Assembly (NCBI GenBank): GCA_965214245.1
Contig: CBDCBL010000009.1
Coordinates: 105,258-169,257 of the forward strand
From: Acidobacteriota bacterium
GTDB taxonomy: Bacteria; Acidobacteriota; UBA890
Reading direction: 5' to 3'
Length of the DNA: 64,000 bases
Shown here one piece after another: positions 16,753-25,816 of this stretch; the first letter of the stretch is position 1; the number at the start of each line of letters is the position of its first letter. The notes under the pieces were generated by a model. The model did not search any database. It was not told where the DNA came from and was given only the letters and a program-made list of their open reading frames with translations. Both the position numbers and the translations under genes were made by a program.

Positions 16753-16837
16753 TATAATCGGCACTTCGTGAGCCTGGCTCGGCCCGTTTACGGTCCGCGT
16801 ACGGATTCCCCAGCCCCTGCTCGATTCGAGGTCGAGA

Positions 16838-17329
16838 TTGGATCGCGTCGCTGTCTATCCCGGGTCGTTCGACCCCATGACGAACGGGCACGTCGACATC
16901 GTCGAGCGGTCGAAGGTGATCTTCGCCAAGGTCTACGTCGGCATTCTGCGCAATCCACAGAAGGAGCCCTGGTTCGCGCTCGAAGAGCGTCTCGAGATGC
17001 TCAACGAGTTGTACGCCGATGACGACGCGATCATAGTCGATACGTTCGACGGGTTACTCGTCGACTACGCGGAGAAAGTCGGTGCACAGGCGCTGATCCG
17101 CGGCCTTCGAGCGCCGACGGACTTCGAGTATGAGCTGCAGATGGCGTTGATGAACCGGCGCTTGAACGAGCGAATCGAAACGTTGTTCATGGTGCCGCAT
17201 GAGGAATTCACCTTCGTTTCGTCGAGCCTTGTCAAAGAGGTGTACGTGCTGGGGGGAGCGATCGACGGCCTGGTGCCGGCGAGTGTCGAGCGTAGGCTGG
17301 CGGAAAAGATCGCTCGCCGAACGAAGTAA
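16838..17329 (+). CDS. coaD: Phosphopantetheine adenylyltransferase
   Basis: TTG start; VAVYPGSFDPMTNGHVDIVERS...RGLRAPTDFEYELQMALMNRRL...SSSLVKEV. Confidence 0.95.
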   Translation: MDRVAVYPGSFDPMTNGHVDIVERSKVIFAKVYVGILRNPQKEPWFALEERLEMLNELYADDDAIIVDTFDGLLVDYAEKVGAQALIRGLRAPTDFEYELQMALMNRRLNERIETLFMVPHEEFTFVSSSLVKEVYVLGGAIDGLVPASVERRLAEKIARRTK

Positions 17330-17371
17330 TCGTCCGGCGGCAGGTTCTCGCCGCCGCCTCTAGGAAGCAAC

Positions 17372-18553
17372 ATGGAAATCGTCAACAGATTGGTACAGAT
17401 CAGCCCATCGGCGACGCTGGCGGCAGCCGAGAAGGCGGCGCGCCTCAAGGATCAAGGCGTCGACGTTATTGACTTGGGCCAGGGGTTGCCGGACTTCCCG
17501 ACGCCGCAACACATCTGCGACGCCGGGATCCAGGCGATCGAAGGCGGGAAGACACGCTACACGGCAGCTACCGGGATTCCGGAGCTGAAGGACGCCATCA
17601 ACGAGCGCTATCTGGAACGCCACGGCATCGAGTACTCGCGCGCCGAAACGAGCGTCACCTGCGGCGGCAAACACGCCTTGTTCGCCGCCTTCCAAGCGTT
17701 GGTCGAGCCGGGTGACGAGGTGATCATCCCGACGCCCTACTGGGTGTCGTTTCCGGAGCAAGTGCGGATAGCCGGCGGGACGCCGGTGTTCGTCGAGGCA
17801 CGGGAAGAAGACGGCCTCGTCGTGCGGCCGCAGGATATCGCCGCCGCCTGTACCGACAACACCAAGGCGATCGTCCTGAACACGCCGAGCAATCCGTCGG
17901 GCGCCGTCATTTCGGGAGCCGCTCTAGAAGATGTGGCTCGCCTCGCCATCGACCGCGACCTGGTCATCGTGTTCGACGAGACCTACGACCAGTTCCTGTA
18001 CGACGGGGCGCGCCACGCCTCGCCCCTCGATCTTGGCGCCGAGGCCAAGAAGGTGACGCTATCCACCGGCTCGTGCTCGAAGACCTGGGCGATGACCGGC
18101 TGGCGCGTCGGCTGGGCGACCGGACCTCGCCTGCTGGTCGAAGCCATGTCACGACTACAGAGCCACCTGACCAGCAACCCGACGTCGATCAGCCAGTGGG
18201 CCGCGCTGGCAGCGCTGACCGGCGACCAGGCGCCGGTCGACCAGATGCTGACCGCCTTCGCCGAGCGTCGCGAGCTGGTCCTGCAGCGCCTCGACGCCAT
18301 GCCCGGCGTTGCCGCCGGTCGGCCGATGGGCGCCTTCTACGCCTTCCCCAACGTTACCGAGCTGTTTACCGACACGGTCACCAGCTCCGACGATCTGGCG
18401 ACGTTCCTGATCGACAACGCCCACGTGGTCACCGTCGCGGGCACGGCGTTCGGTCGCGACGGCTACGTACGGCTGTCCTTCGCCATCGAGATCGACATTC
18501 TGCGGGAAGCCATGGACCGACTCGCCGAAGCCTTCGCCGAGCTCTCCGGGTGA
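17372..18553 (+). CDS. PLP-dependent aminotransferase, class I (aspartate aminotransferase-like)
   Basis: ...[14 protein letters not shown]...[14 protein letters not shown]...[10 protein letters not shown]...[15 protein letters not shown] (PLP-Lys motif)...YVRLSFA. Confidence 0.9.
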   Translation: MEIVNRLVQISPSATLAAAEKAARLKDQGVDVIDLGQGLPDFPTPQHICDAGIQAIEGGKTRYTAATGIPELKDAINERYLERHGIEYSRAETSVTCGGKHALFAAFQALVEPGDEVIIPTPYWVSFPEQVRIAGGTPVFVEAREEDGLVVRPQDIAAACTDNTKAIVLNTPSNPSGAVISGAALEDVARLAIDRDLVIVFDETYDQFLYDGARHASPLDLGAEAKKVTLSTGSCSKTWAMTGWRVGWATGPRLLVEAMSRLQSHLTSNPTSISQWAALAALTGDQAPVDQMLTAFAERRELVLQRLDAMPGVAAGRPMGAFYAFPNVTELFTDTVTSSDDLATFLIDNAHVVTVAGTAFGRDGYVRLSFAIEIDILREAMDRLAEAFAELSG

Positions 18554-20538
18554 CACTCTTCACGCTGCAGGCGGCGTTCGAGCCGCAGGGCGACCAGCCG
18601 GCGGCGATCGACGCGCTCGTCGAGGGCATCGAGGCAGGTCGGCCGCACCACGTGCTGCTCGGTGTCACCGGCTCGGGCAAGACGTTCACGATGGCCAAGG
18701 TCATCGAGAAGGTGCAGCGGCCGGCGCTGGTGATTGCCCACAACAAGACGTTGGCGGCACAGCTCTACCAGGAGTTCAAAGAGTTTTTCCCGCACAACGC
18801 CGTCGAGTACTTCGTGTCGTACTACGACTACTACCAGCCGGAGGCGTACATCCCGTCGACCGACACCTATATCGCCAAGGAAACGCTGATCAACGAGGAG
18901 ATCGACAGGTTGCGCCACTCGGCGACGCGGGCGCTGTTCGAACGCCGCGACGTGCTGATCGTAGCCTCGGTATCGTGCATCTACGGTCTCGGGTCGCCCG
19001 AGGCGTACTACGGCATGCTCGTGCCGCTCGAGGTCGGCCAGCGCCTGCCGCGCCAGAAGTTCCTACATCGTTTGGTCGAGGTGCACTATGTGCGCACCTC
19101 CGGCGAGCTGGAGCGCGGCAAGTTCCGCGTCCGCGGCAACGACATCGAGATCTTTCCCGCGTACGGGCAGGAAGCATTACGGGTGGTCCTAGAGGATGAC
19201 GAGGTCGTCGAGCTGGCATCCATCGATCCGCTGTTCGGCGACGTCGAGGAAACCTTCGACAACGTGTCGCTGTACCCGGGGTCGCACTACGTCACCACCA
19301 GCGAGGGCCGTCTCGAGGCCATCGAATCGATCAGGCAGGAGCTCGATGTTCATCTCGGCACGCTGCAGGAAGAGGGCAAGCTGCTCGAGGCGCAGCGCCT
19401 GCACCAACGCACCAGCTTCGATCTCGAGATGATGCAGACGATCGGCTACTGCCACGGCATCGAGAACTACTCGCGCCATATCACCGGTCGCGCCGCCGGC
19501 GAGCCGCCGCCGACTTTGATCGAATACCTGCCGTCCAACCACCTCATGTTCATCGACGAGAGCCACATGACGGTGCCGCAGCTGCGCGGCATGTACGTGG
19601 GCGACCGGTCGCGCAAGTTGAACCTGGTGGAGCACGGCTTTCGCCTACCGTCGGCGCTCGACAACCGGCCGCTGACGTTCGAGGAATTCGAGGGCGAGGT
19701 CGGGCAGACGATGTATGTGTCGGCGACCCCCGGGCCTTACGAGCTCGAGGCGGCGGGTGGCGTCGTCGTCGAGCAGGTCATCCGGCCGACCGGGCTGACC
19801 GATCCCGAGATCGAGGTGCGGCCGGCGCGCGGCCAGGTGGATGACCTGCTCGATGAGGTACGCCAACGCGTCGCGCGACAGGAGCGGACGCTGGTCACGA
19901 CGCTCACCAAACGCATGGCCGAGGAGCTGACGAGCTACTACCAGGACCTCGGGGTACGGGTGCGCTACCTCCACGCCGACGTCGACACGCTCGATCGCGT
20001 CAAGCTGCTGCGCGACTTCCGCGCCGGCGACTTCGACGTGCTGGTGGGCGTCAACCTCCTGCGAGAAGGACTCGACCTGCCCGAGGTCACGCTGGTGGCC
20101 GTCCTCGACGCCGACAAAGAGGGCTTCCTGCGATCGACAACCGCATTGGTGCAGACCGCCGGCCGCGCCTCCCGCAACATAGAGGGTATGGTCATTCTCT
20201 ACGCCGACAAGGTGACCCGCTCGATGGGCGAAGCCATCGACGAGACCGATCGGCGTCGGCAGCGGCAGGAAACCTACAACGCCGCCCACGGCATCACGCC
20301 GGAGACCGTGGTGAAACGCATCTCCGATGTGTTCGGCGAGTTCTTCGCGCGGGACTACGTCGACCTTTCCGAGGTGAATCCGGCGCTGCTGCTGAGCGAG
20401 GAGGCCCTCGAAAGGAAGCTCGCCGATCTCGAGAAGGAGATGCACGAGGCCGCCGAAGTGCTCGACTTCGAGGGCGCGGCAGCGCTGCGCGACCGCATCC
20501 AGGAGCTCAAGCGGCAGCGGGTGATGGGCGTGGCGTAG
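18550..20538 (+). CDS. uvrB: Excinuclease ABC subunit B
   Basis: The GTG at 18550 overlaps the aminotransferase stop (GTGA). [18 protein letters not shown]...[14 protein letters not shown]...[17 protein letters not shown]...; C-terminal UVR motif ...[15 protein letters not shown]. The track ORF 18073.. is an upstream Arg/Pro-rich over-extension. Confidence 0.95.
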   Translation: MTLFTLQAAFEPQGDQPAAIDALVEGIEAGRPHHVLLGVTGSGKTFTMAKVIEKVQRPALVIAHNKTLAAQLYQEFKEFFPHNAVEYFVSYYDYYQPEAYIPSTDTYIAKETLINEEIDRLRHSATRALFERRDVLIVASVSCIYGLGSPEAYYGMLVPLEVGQRLPRQKFLHRLVEVHYVRTSGELERGKFRVRGNDIEIFPAYGQEALRVVLEDDEVVELASIDPLFGDVEETFDNVSLYPGSHYVTTSEGRLEAIESIRQELDVHLGTLQEEGKLLEAQRLHQRTSFDLEMMQTIGYCHGIENYSRHITGRAAGEPPPTLIEYLPSNHLMFIDESHMTVPQLRGMYVGDRSRKLNLVEHGFRLPSALDNRPLTFEEFEGEVGQTMYVSATPGPYELEAAGGVVVEQVIRPTGLTDPEIEVRPARGQVDDLLDEVRQRVARQERTLVTTLTKRMAEELTSYYQDLGVRVRYLHADVDTLDRVKLLRDFRAGDFDVLVGVNLLREGLDLPEVTLVAVLDADKEGFLRSTTALVQTAGRASRNIEGMVILYADKVTRSMGEAIDETDRRRQRQETYNAAHGITPETVVKRISDVFGEFFARDYVDLSEVNPALLLSEEALERKLADLEKEMHEAAEVLDFEGAAALRDRIQELKRQRVMGVA

Positions 20539-20540
20539 GC

Positions 20541-22346
20541 ATGTCTGTTGACGTTCTGCGCCAGAAGATCCCGAGCCTGCCGACGTCGGCCGGTGTCTAC
20601 CTCTTCAAGGACGAGAAGGGGAGGACCATCTACGTCGGCAAGGCAAAGAGCATTCGTGACCGGGTGCGCTCACACCTATCGGGAGCCGCGGCGCTCGGGC
20701 CCAAGCAGGAAGCGATGCTGGCCGAGGCCATCGCCATCGAAGTCATCGTCACCGACACCGACCTCGAGGCGTTGGCGCTGGAGAACAGCCTGATCAAGCA
20801 GAACCGGCCGCGCTTCAACGTCCTGCTGCGCGACGACAAGAACTATCCGTACCTGCGGATGGTGGTTTCGGAGCGCTTTCCGCGCCTCCAGTATGTGCGC
20901 GGCGCCAAGGGCGACGGCGAGAAATACTTCGGCCCCTACGCCCCCGCGAGCACGGCGCACATGACCCAGTTGCTGGCGTACCGGCAGTTCGGCGTGCGGC
21001 CTTGCAACATCGATATTGATGGTTCGTGGGAGCGGCCCTGCCTGTACTACGACATCGGCGGCTGCGCCGGGCCCTGCGTGCGGGACCTCTGCGACGAGGA
21101 CGACTATCGGGAGCGGGTCGAGCAGGCGTTGCTCTTTCTCGACGGGCGCGGTATCGACCTGAGCGCCGACCTCGAGGTCAAGATGAACGAGGCGGCAACG
21201 GCTCAGGAGTACGAGCGCGCCGCCCATTACCGCGACCTGCTCAACACCGTGCAGCTGACGGCGCGCGAGCAGAAGGTGGCCTCGACCGGCCTGCAGAACC
21301 GCGACACGTTCGCCATCCACCGGGTAGGGGAGCGCGTCGCGCTGCAAGTGTTCCTGATGCGTCGCGGCATCGTCGTCGACCGCAAGGAGTTCTTCTGGGA
21401 CAGCGTCGGTGGCATCGGCGACGCGGAGCTGCTGTCGACCTTCTTGCAGCAATACTACCACGGCGAGCAGTACTTCCCTCCCGAGGTGTGTGTGCCCTTC
21501 GCGGTCGCCGGCCAGAAAACGATCCAGGCCTGGCTGCGCCAGCAGCGCAACGGCGCGGTGAAGATCCTCGTACCGCGGCGGGGCGAGAAGCGACGCCTGC
21601 TCGAGCTCGTTGCCAACAACGCCGAGTTGGCATTCGGTACCCGCTATGAACGGAGCTCCGACGAGGCCGGCGCCCGTACGCTGCAAGAACTCATGGACTT
21701 GAGCGCACCGCCGGTGTGCATCGAGTGCGTCGACATCTCCAACACGCAGGGCGGCGAGATCGTCGCGGCGCTCGTCCGCCTGCGCGGCGGCGAATTCGAC
21801 AAGTCAGGCTACAAGCGTTTCAAGCTGCGCGGCCTCGACACACCCGATGACTACAAGTCGATCGCCCAGGTTGTGGAGCGCCATTTCAAACGCGTCGTCG
21901 CCGGCGACCGCGAGCCGCCGGATCTTCTGTTGATCGACGGCGGTCGCGGCCAGCTCAACGCCGCCCGTAAGGAGCTGGAGGCCCTGGGCATGGCGGCGCA
22001 ACCGGTAGCCGGCATCGCCAAGGAAGAAGAGATGCTCTACGTCGCCGAGCGGGCCATGCCGATCCCGCTGGTGCGCTACCCGGAAACCATGCGTCTCTTA
22101 CAGCGGGTACGCGATGAAGCGCATCGATTCGCCATCACCTACCACCGCAATCTGCGGCAGCGGCGCCTGCGCGAGTCCGTGCTCGACGACATTCCCGGCG
22201 TCGGTCCGAAGCGCAAACACACCCTGCTGAGCCGCTTCGGGTCTCTCAAAGGCGTCAAGGCGGCATCGGTGGCGGACCTGGCCGCGGTCGTCGGGCCCAA
22301 GACCGCCAGGCGCATCCGCGACTACCTGGACGCCGACAGTGGGTGA
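20541..22346 (+). CDS. uvrC: Excinuclease ABC subunit C
   Basis: GIY-YIG N-terminus (AGVYLFKDEKGRTIYVGKAKSIRDRVRSH), UVR motif (EYERAAHYRDLL), C-terminal (HhH)2 (IPGVGPKRKHTLLSRFGSLKGVKAA). Confidence 0.95.
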   Translation: MSVDVLRQKIPSLPTSAGVYLFKDEKGRTIYVGKAKSIRDRVRSHLSGAAALGPKQEAMLAEAIAIEVIVTDTDLEALALENSLIKQNRPRFNVLLRDDKNYPYLRMVVSERFPRLQYVRGAKGDGEKYFGPYAPASTAHMTQLLAYRQFGVRPCNIDIDGSWERPCLYYDIGGCAGPCVRDLCDEDDYRERVEQALLFLDGRGIDLSADLEVKMNEAATAQEYERAAHYRDLLNTVQLTAREQKVASTGLQNRDTFAIHRVGERVALQVFLMRRGIVVDRKEFFWDSVGGIGDAELLSTFLQQYYHGEQYFPPEVCVPFAVAGQKTIQAWLRQQRNGAVKILVPRRGEKRRLLELVANNAELAFGTRYERSSDEAGARTLQELMDLSAPPVCIECVDISNTQGGEIVAALVRLRGGEFDKSGYKRFKLRGLDTPDDYKSIAQVVERHFKRVVAGDREPPDLLLIDGGRGQLNAARKELEALGMAAQPVAGIAKEEEMLYVAERAMPIPLVRYPETMRLLQRVRDEAHRFAITYHRNLRQRRLRESVLDDIPGVGPKRKHTLLSRFGSLKGVKAASVADLAAVVGPKTARRIRDYLDADSG

Positions 22347-22452
22347 GCGGCGAGGCGTTTCATAGGAATCGCCCCGGCGGCCTTTCGACACCCCCTGAAT
22401 AGGGGCTGCTCGTTCATTCCTGAATGTGATACTCACTCGTTGTTCGATTAAT

Positions 22453-22486
22453 TTTTCGTGTAGTTTTCGTGCAGTTTTGCTATACT
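22453..22486 (+). promoter_or_regulatory. AT-rich putative promoter: three 11-bp phased T-tract repeats ending in a TATACT -10 box
   Basis: The repeats are TTTTCGTGTAG / TTTTCGTGCAG / TTTTGCTATAC (22453-22485). TATACT lies at 22481-22486, only 6 nt before the ATG at 22493, so the mRNA would be leaderless or near-leaderless. No SD is visible. Confidence 0.3.
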
Positions 22487-22492
22487 ATCTCC

Positions 22493-24710
22493 ATGGGCTC
22501 AACGAGCGGATATCAAGAGATTGAGGCTGTGCCGACCGGCCGTAGCGCCGTGGCTACGGCACGGGAGATCGACGAAAGAACCGTCGATGCCGCCCGTGAC
22601 TACATGGCCGCACGCCGGCCGGCGGCGCTGGCAGCGGCGAGGCTCGAGGGCGGCTCTCGTTTCATCGGCTCGGCTATCGCACACAGTCCGACTACGCCAA
22701 CGAAGAGCTCGGAACCAGCGCCCGTTCTCTGCGCCGTATGGCTTGCCTGGGGAAAAGACTCGTCGCTCTGCTCGAGATCCGCGCCGCCTTCTCCAGCGGG
22801 GCGCTGGTGCTGACCAAAGCCGAAGCGGTCGCGGGGCGCGTGGCCACGGCCGCGTCGGAACGACGCTGGTTGGCCCTGGCGAACGAGCTGACGGTGCGGG
22901 AGCTGTCGCGTGCTGTCCGTGAGCATTCGCGTCGCAAAGGCGATTCGGGCGCCGCCGAACCGGATCAGGACGAGCCCCGCGCCGCGTGGCGCGCTGAAGT
23001 CCCCGGCTGGATGATCGGCAAGACCAACAGTGTCTTGCGGTTGGTGAACAAGGTCGCCGGTACTCCGCTTCCTGAGGGCGCCCGCTGGGAGTTCATCGCG
23101 GCAGAGTTTCTCTCCGGCGCCCTGGCGCTCGAGGAGGATTCCGATGCGACGCCGGTCGAGAAGGATTCCAGGGAGAGGCGGGTCGAGGAGGATTCCGGTA
23201 TGACGTCGTCGGAGGAGGATCCCGGTTCGACGTCGGTAGAGGAGAAGCCCGGCGCGACGTCGGTGGACGAGGATCCCGGGCCGGCGTTAGGGGCTGAATC
23301 CGTCAATGCGGGGGGGCAACCCTCCCGAAACCTCCACGCCGACACCGATGAATCTCGGCTCCCGGCGTCCGGCGACTCAATTTCCCGATCCGGGGTACAC
23401 CAGGACCCTCACCCCCCGCTCACCCCGTGGGAGCTACACGACACACTAAAGAATGCGTATCTCTCTGGAGGCACGGCGGCGCTGACATTCGGGGCGCTCC
23501 TTCGTCAGGTTCGCGATCGCCGTCTCTGGAGCCAGCTGGGTTTTGCCGACTTTGACGGTTACGTCCGGGAACGACTCGCCATGTCTGCCCGCACTGCCCG
23601 GCGATTGATCCGCGCCGAGGCGGCGGGATGGCGTCATCCGTCTTTGAAAACGGCTTGTACGGAGGGGCACCTTACGCCGCTGAAAGCATCGGTCCTGATT
23701 CGGGTGCTCGATCTCGGCCTCAAACCAGCGACGACCTATCGCTGGATCGAATACGCCCGGCGCATGACACTGACACGGCTTACCGATGCGGTTGACTGGG
23801 CCTGCGCCCGCGCCGCGGCCGATCCGCTCTGGGTTCGGCGCGACGGCGCTCCGCCTCACCCCTCGGTTCGCTTCGACGGGGGAACGATCAACGGCTCGGC
23901 TGTGTCCGATGCCGCGGCGACCGCCGACGGCGTGGCGGCGGCGGGAAGTGCGGCGGCGCAGGGGAGTGCGGCGGCGCCAGGAAGTGCGCTCACGGTCGAC
24001 AACGAAGGTTCAAACGAGCGGCGGCCAATGTTGGCCGGTTCCGCGGTGAGCGCGTCGCAAGCGCCTCCACCATTCGCCGACTTTTCAAGAAACGCGCAAC
24101 AGACGGGGCCAATGTTGGCCACTTCGCCGCCAGTCCCCTGCGAATATGGCTCACCGAAGACGAAAGACAGGTGCTGGTGCTGGCAATCAACCGGATCCGC
24201 GCCATCCGCGGGCCGCATTGGCCGTTATGGGCGTGCCTCAACGACCTGCTCGATCACTTTGCTGCGGCCTATGAGGATCCGGCATATCGGGCGCTCAGTC
24301 GGGTCACGCCGGTGCTCGTCCGCGACGACTGGCAATGCGAGGCACCGGGATGCAGGGCCCGGTCCGGCCTCCACGTTCACCACATCCGGTCGCGCGGCGC
24401 CGGCGGACCGAACACGTTCGACAACCTCATCGTGGTGTGCGACTTCCACCACCTGGTGATCCATCGGGGCTGGGTGCGCTGCTGGGGCAAGGCTCCCGAC
24501 CGCCTGCGCTGGAGCTTTGCCGAGCGAGCGTATGACATCTACATCCACCGTTTTCGGTTCCACGAAGTGGATGAGCCGGAACCGCTCCGCACACCAATCG
24601 CGCGCTTCGTTGGCCACTACCGGCTCGATGACAACGAGCGCTTTCCACAAGCCGAAGTGGGGCTATTCGGGTCGGTGACTCGGATCCGGCCAAACGCGCC
24701 GGCGGCCTAG
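22493..24710 (+). pseudogene. Large HNH-nuclease gene (DUF222-like N-terminal region plus C-terminal HNH) disrupted by two -1 frame changes
   Basis: The sensible protein sequence moves through three frames:
- Frame A from 22493: ...AALAAARLEGGSRF.
- Frame B from about 22660: ...LGYRTQSDYANEELGTSARSLRR...TVRELSRAVRE....GFADFDGYVRERLAMSARTARRLIR...
- Frame C from before 24140: ...LRIWLTEDERQVLVLAINRIR...CEAPGCRARSGLHVHHIRSRGAGGPNTFDNLIVVCDFHHLVIHRGWVRCWG...RLRW. Confidence 0.7.
23131..23292 (+). repeat. Six in-frame 27-bp tandem repeats (9-aa acidic units)
   Basis: The units are GAGGAGGATTCCGATGCGACGCCGGTC / GAGAAGGATTCCAGGGAGAGGCGGGTC / GAGGAGGATTCCGGTATGACGTCGTCG / GAGGAGGATCCCGGTTCGACGTCGGTA / GAGGAGAAGCCCGGCGCGACGTCGGTG / GACGAGGATCCCGGGCCGGCGTTAGGG. 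They encode EEDSDATPV EKDSRERRV EEDSGMTSS EEDPGSTSV EEKPGATSV DEDPGPALG. Confidence 0.9.
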
Positions 24711-24760
24711 GACCGGCGTCGTCCGGCGACCGGGACCCGTCGCACGCAACAGCGTCTTGC

Positions 24761-25609
24761 CTACTTCCAGGTCACCTCCATCGCGAAGAAATGGGCGAAG
24801 ACCTCGCGGGTGGGGTTGTTGCGCGCGTCCGTCGCCGGGCTGCGGATGAAGAAATCCAGCTGCTGGGCCGCCGGATCGACGGCCCCTGCAGAACTCTGCT
24901 TGTTGAGGAGCGGGTAGTTCACTTTCAGGGTGTCCCGATCCCGCATCCCTTGCGTGACCATGAAGTGCAGTTCGTAGTTTTCGTAGATCCGCTCGCCGTT
25001 GAGTTCAGCGTGGCCGTAGCCCCATCCGGCGATGTAGATGAACGTCTTCGGCCAGTTCGAATCCCCGCATCCGGAGTCCCCATGTTCGTAGAGGTAGGCA
25101 GCCACGCCACCGGATTGGCAGGGATTGAACTCGTGAAAGCGGTCGAGCTCCACAACGAGCTCACCTTCCGGCACCTGGAGCCGGGCGACGAAGCTGCCCG
25201 TGTTGCTGACCTCGTCGACATCGATGTCGACAGTTCCCTCCGTCGCGTGCACGTTCGAAGCATCGTTGTCGATGTGATCCCATCCCGGTGGATCGTCGAG
25301 CTGCCCGACTCGGAACACCCGACCCGCCGACAAGACGAAGTGGCCATCGTATAGATCGTGCTGCTCTGGGGCGTAGAGAGTAATCTCGGCGCCGGGTTGC
25401 CGCCGCGGCGTTGCTTCCTGGGTGGCCGCCGTCGTCGCCCCTTCGGTGGCCCGCTGAGGCGCCTCTTGGCTGGCCTGCGGCGTCACCTCTTCGGTTGCCT
25501 GCTGAGTCGGCGGGGCGCTGCAAGCACCAGCCAGCAGGCTCGCGATTGCAAGAGAATAGAGCCTCGTTGAGGCAGCGTCGCGCATTCCCCACTTGGTCTT
25601 TCTTGTCAT
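24761..25609 (-). CDS. Putative lipoprotein of unknown function (282 aa)
   Basis: It has a signal peptide with a lipobox-like SLLAGAC|S, then a T/Q/E/A/P-rich linker (TQQATEEVTPQASQEAPQRATEGATTAATQEATP), then a globular domain with paired Cys (NPCQSGG...GDSGCGDSNWP). I recognise no family. An RBS (GGAGG) lies about 8 nt upstream of the ATG. Confidence 0.6.
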   Translation of the reverse strand: MTRKTKWGMRDAASTRLYSLAIASLLAGACSAPPTQQATEEVTPQASQEAPQRATEGATTAATQEATPRRQPGAEITLYAPEQHDLYDGHFVLSAGRVFRVGQLDDPPGWDHIDNDASNVHATEGTVDIDVDEVSNTGSFVARLQVPEGELVVELDRFHEFNPCQSGGVAAYLYEHGDSGCGDSNWPKTFIYIAGWGYGHAELNGERIYENYELHFMVTQGMRDRDTLKVNYPLLNKQSSAGAVDPAAQQLDFFIRSPATDARNNPTREVFAHFFAMEVTWK

Positions 25610-25638
25610 TGACTTGCCTCCGAGTCCCCACTCGGTGA

Positions 25639-25806
25639 TTACCGGCTGTCGTGTGCGTCCTCTACTTGGATCGTCAGGGTCTCCGCTGCCTCGATGCGAA
25701 TCGTCTTCTCTTGCTGACCTAGCTTCTCGTGCCAGATCTCCAGTCGATAGGTGCCAGGAGGAACATCTGCAATGCGAAAGTGCAGCACGGAGTCATTCTC
25801 TGCTCT
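25639..25806 (-). pseudogene. Remnant of a gene 3-prime end (...NDSVLHFRIADVPPGTYRLEIWHEKLGQQEKTIRIEAAETLTIQVEDAHDSR*)
   Basis: The frame is 55 codons long and bounded upstream by TGA (25809-25807), with no plausible full-length start. From memory, the 'VPPGTY-L-(I/V)WHEKLG' beta-sandwich C-terminus occurs in carboxypeptidase-regulatory/cupredoxin-like proteins. This needs a search. Confidence 0.45.
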
Positions 25807-25816
25807 TCATTCAGCC

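Noticed and set aside
16754-16759. A TATAAT hexamer immediately after the rsmD stop as a promoter for coaD.
   Set aside because: The best upstream -35-like hexamer (TTCACG) is only 15 nt away, and the genes look co-transcribed. This is too weak to call.
18073-18549. N-terminal over-extensions of track ORFs: uvrB from 18073, bamA from 52106, lpxD from 54642, the DUF35 gene up to 27741, thiolase-like 2 up to 29795, MBL from 60756, the oxidoreductase from 58006, lpxI from 57215, and the mutase from 38280.
   Set aside because: The extensions overlap the preceding real gene and are compositionally aberrant. Conserved N-termini with RBS or start-stop overlaps occur at the downstream starts I report.
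23131-23292. The tandem repeat arrays (27-bp, 18-bp, 24-bp and 15-bp) as possible CRISPR arrays.
   Set aside because: The units are directly adjacent with no spacers. Their periods are multiples of 3, and they are in frame within ORFs and encode low-complexity peptides. No cas genes are present.
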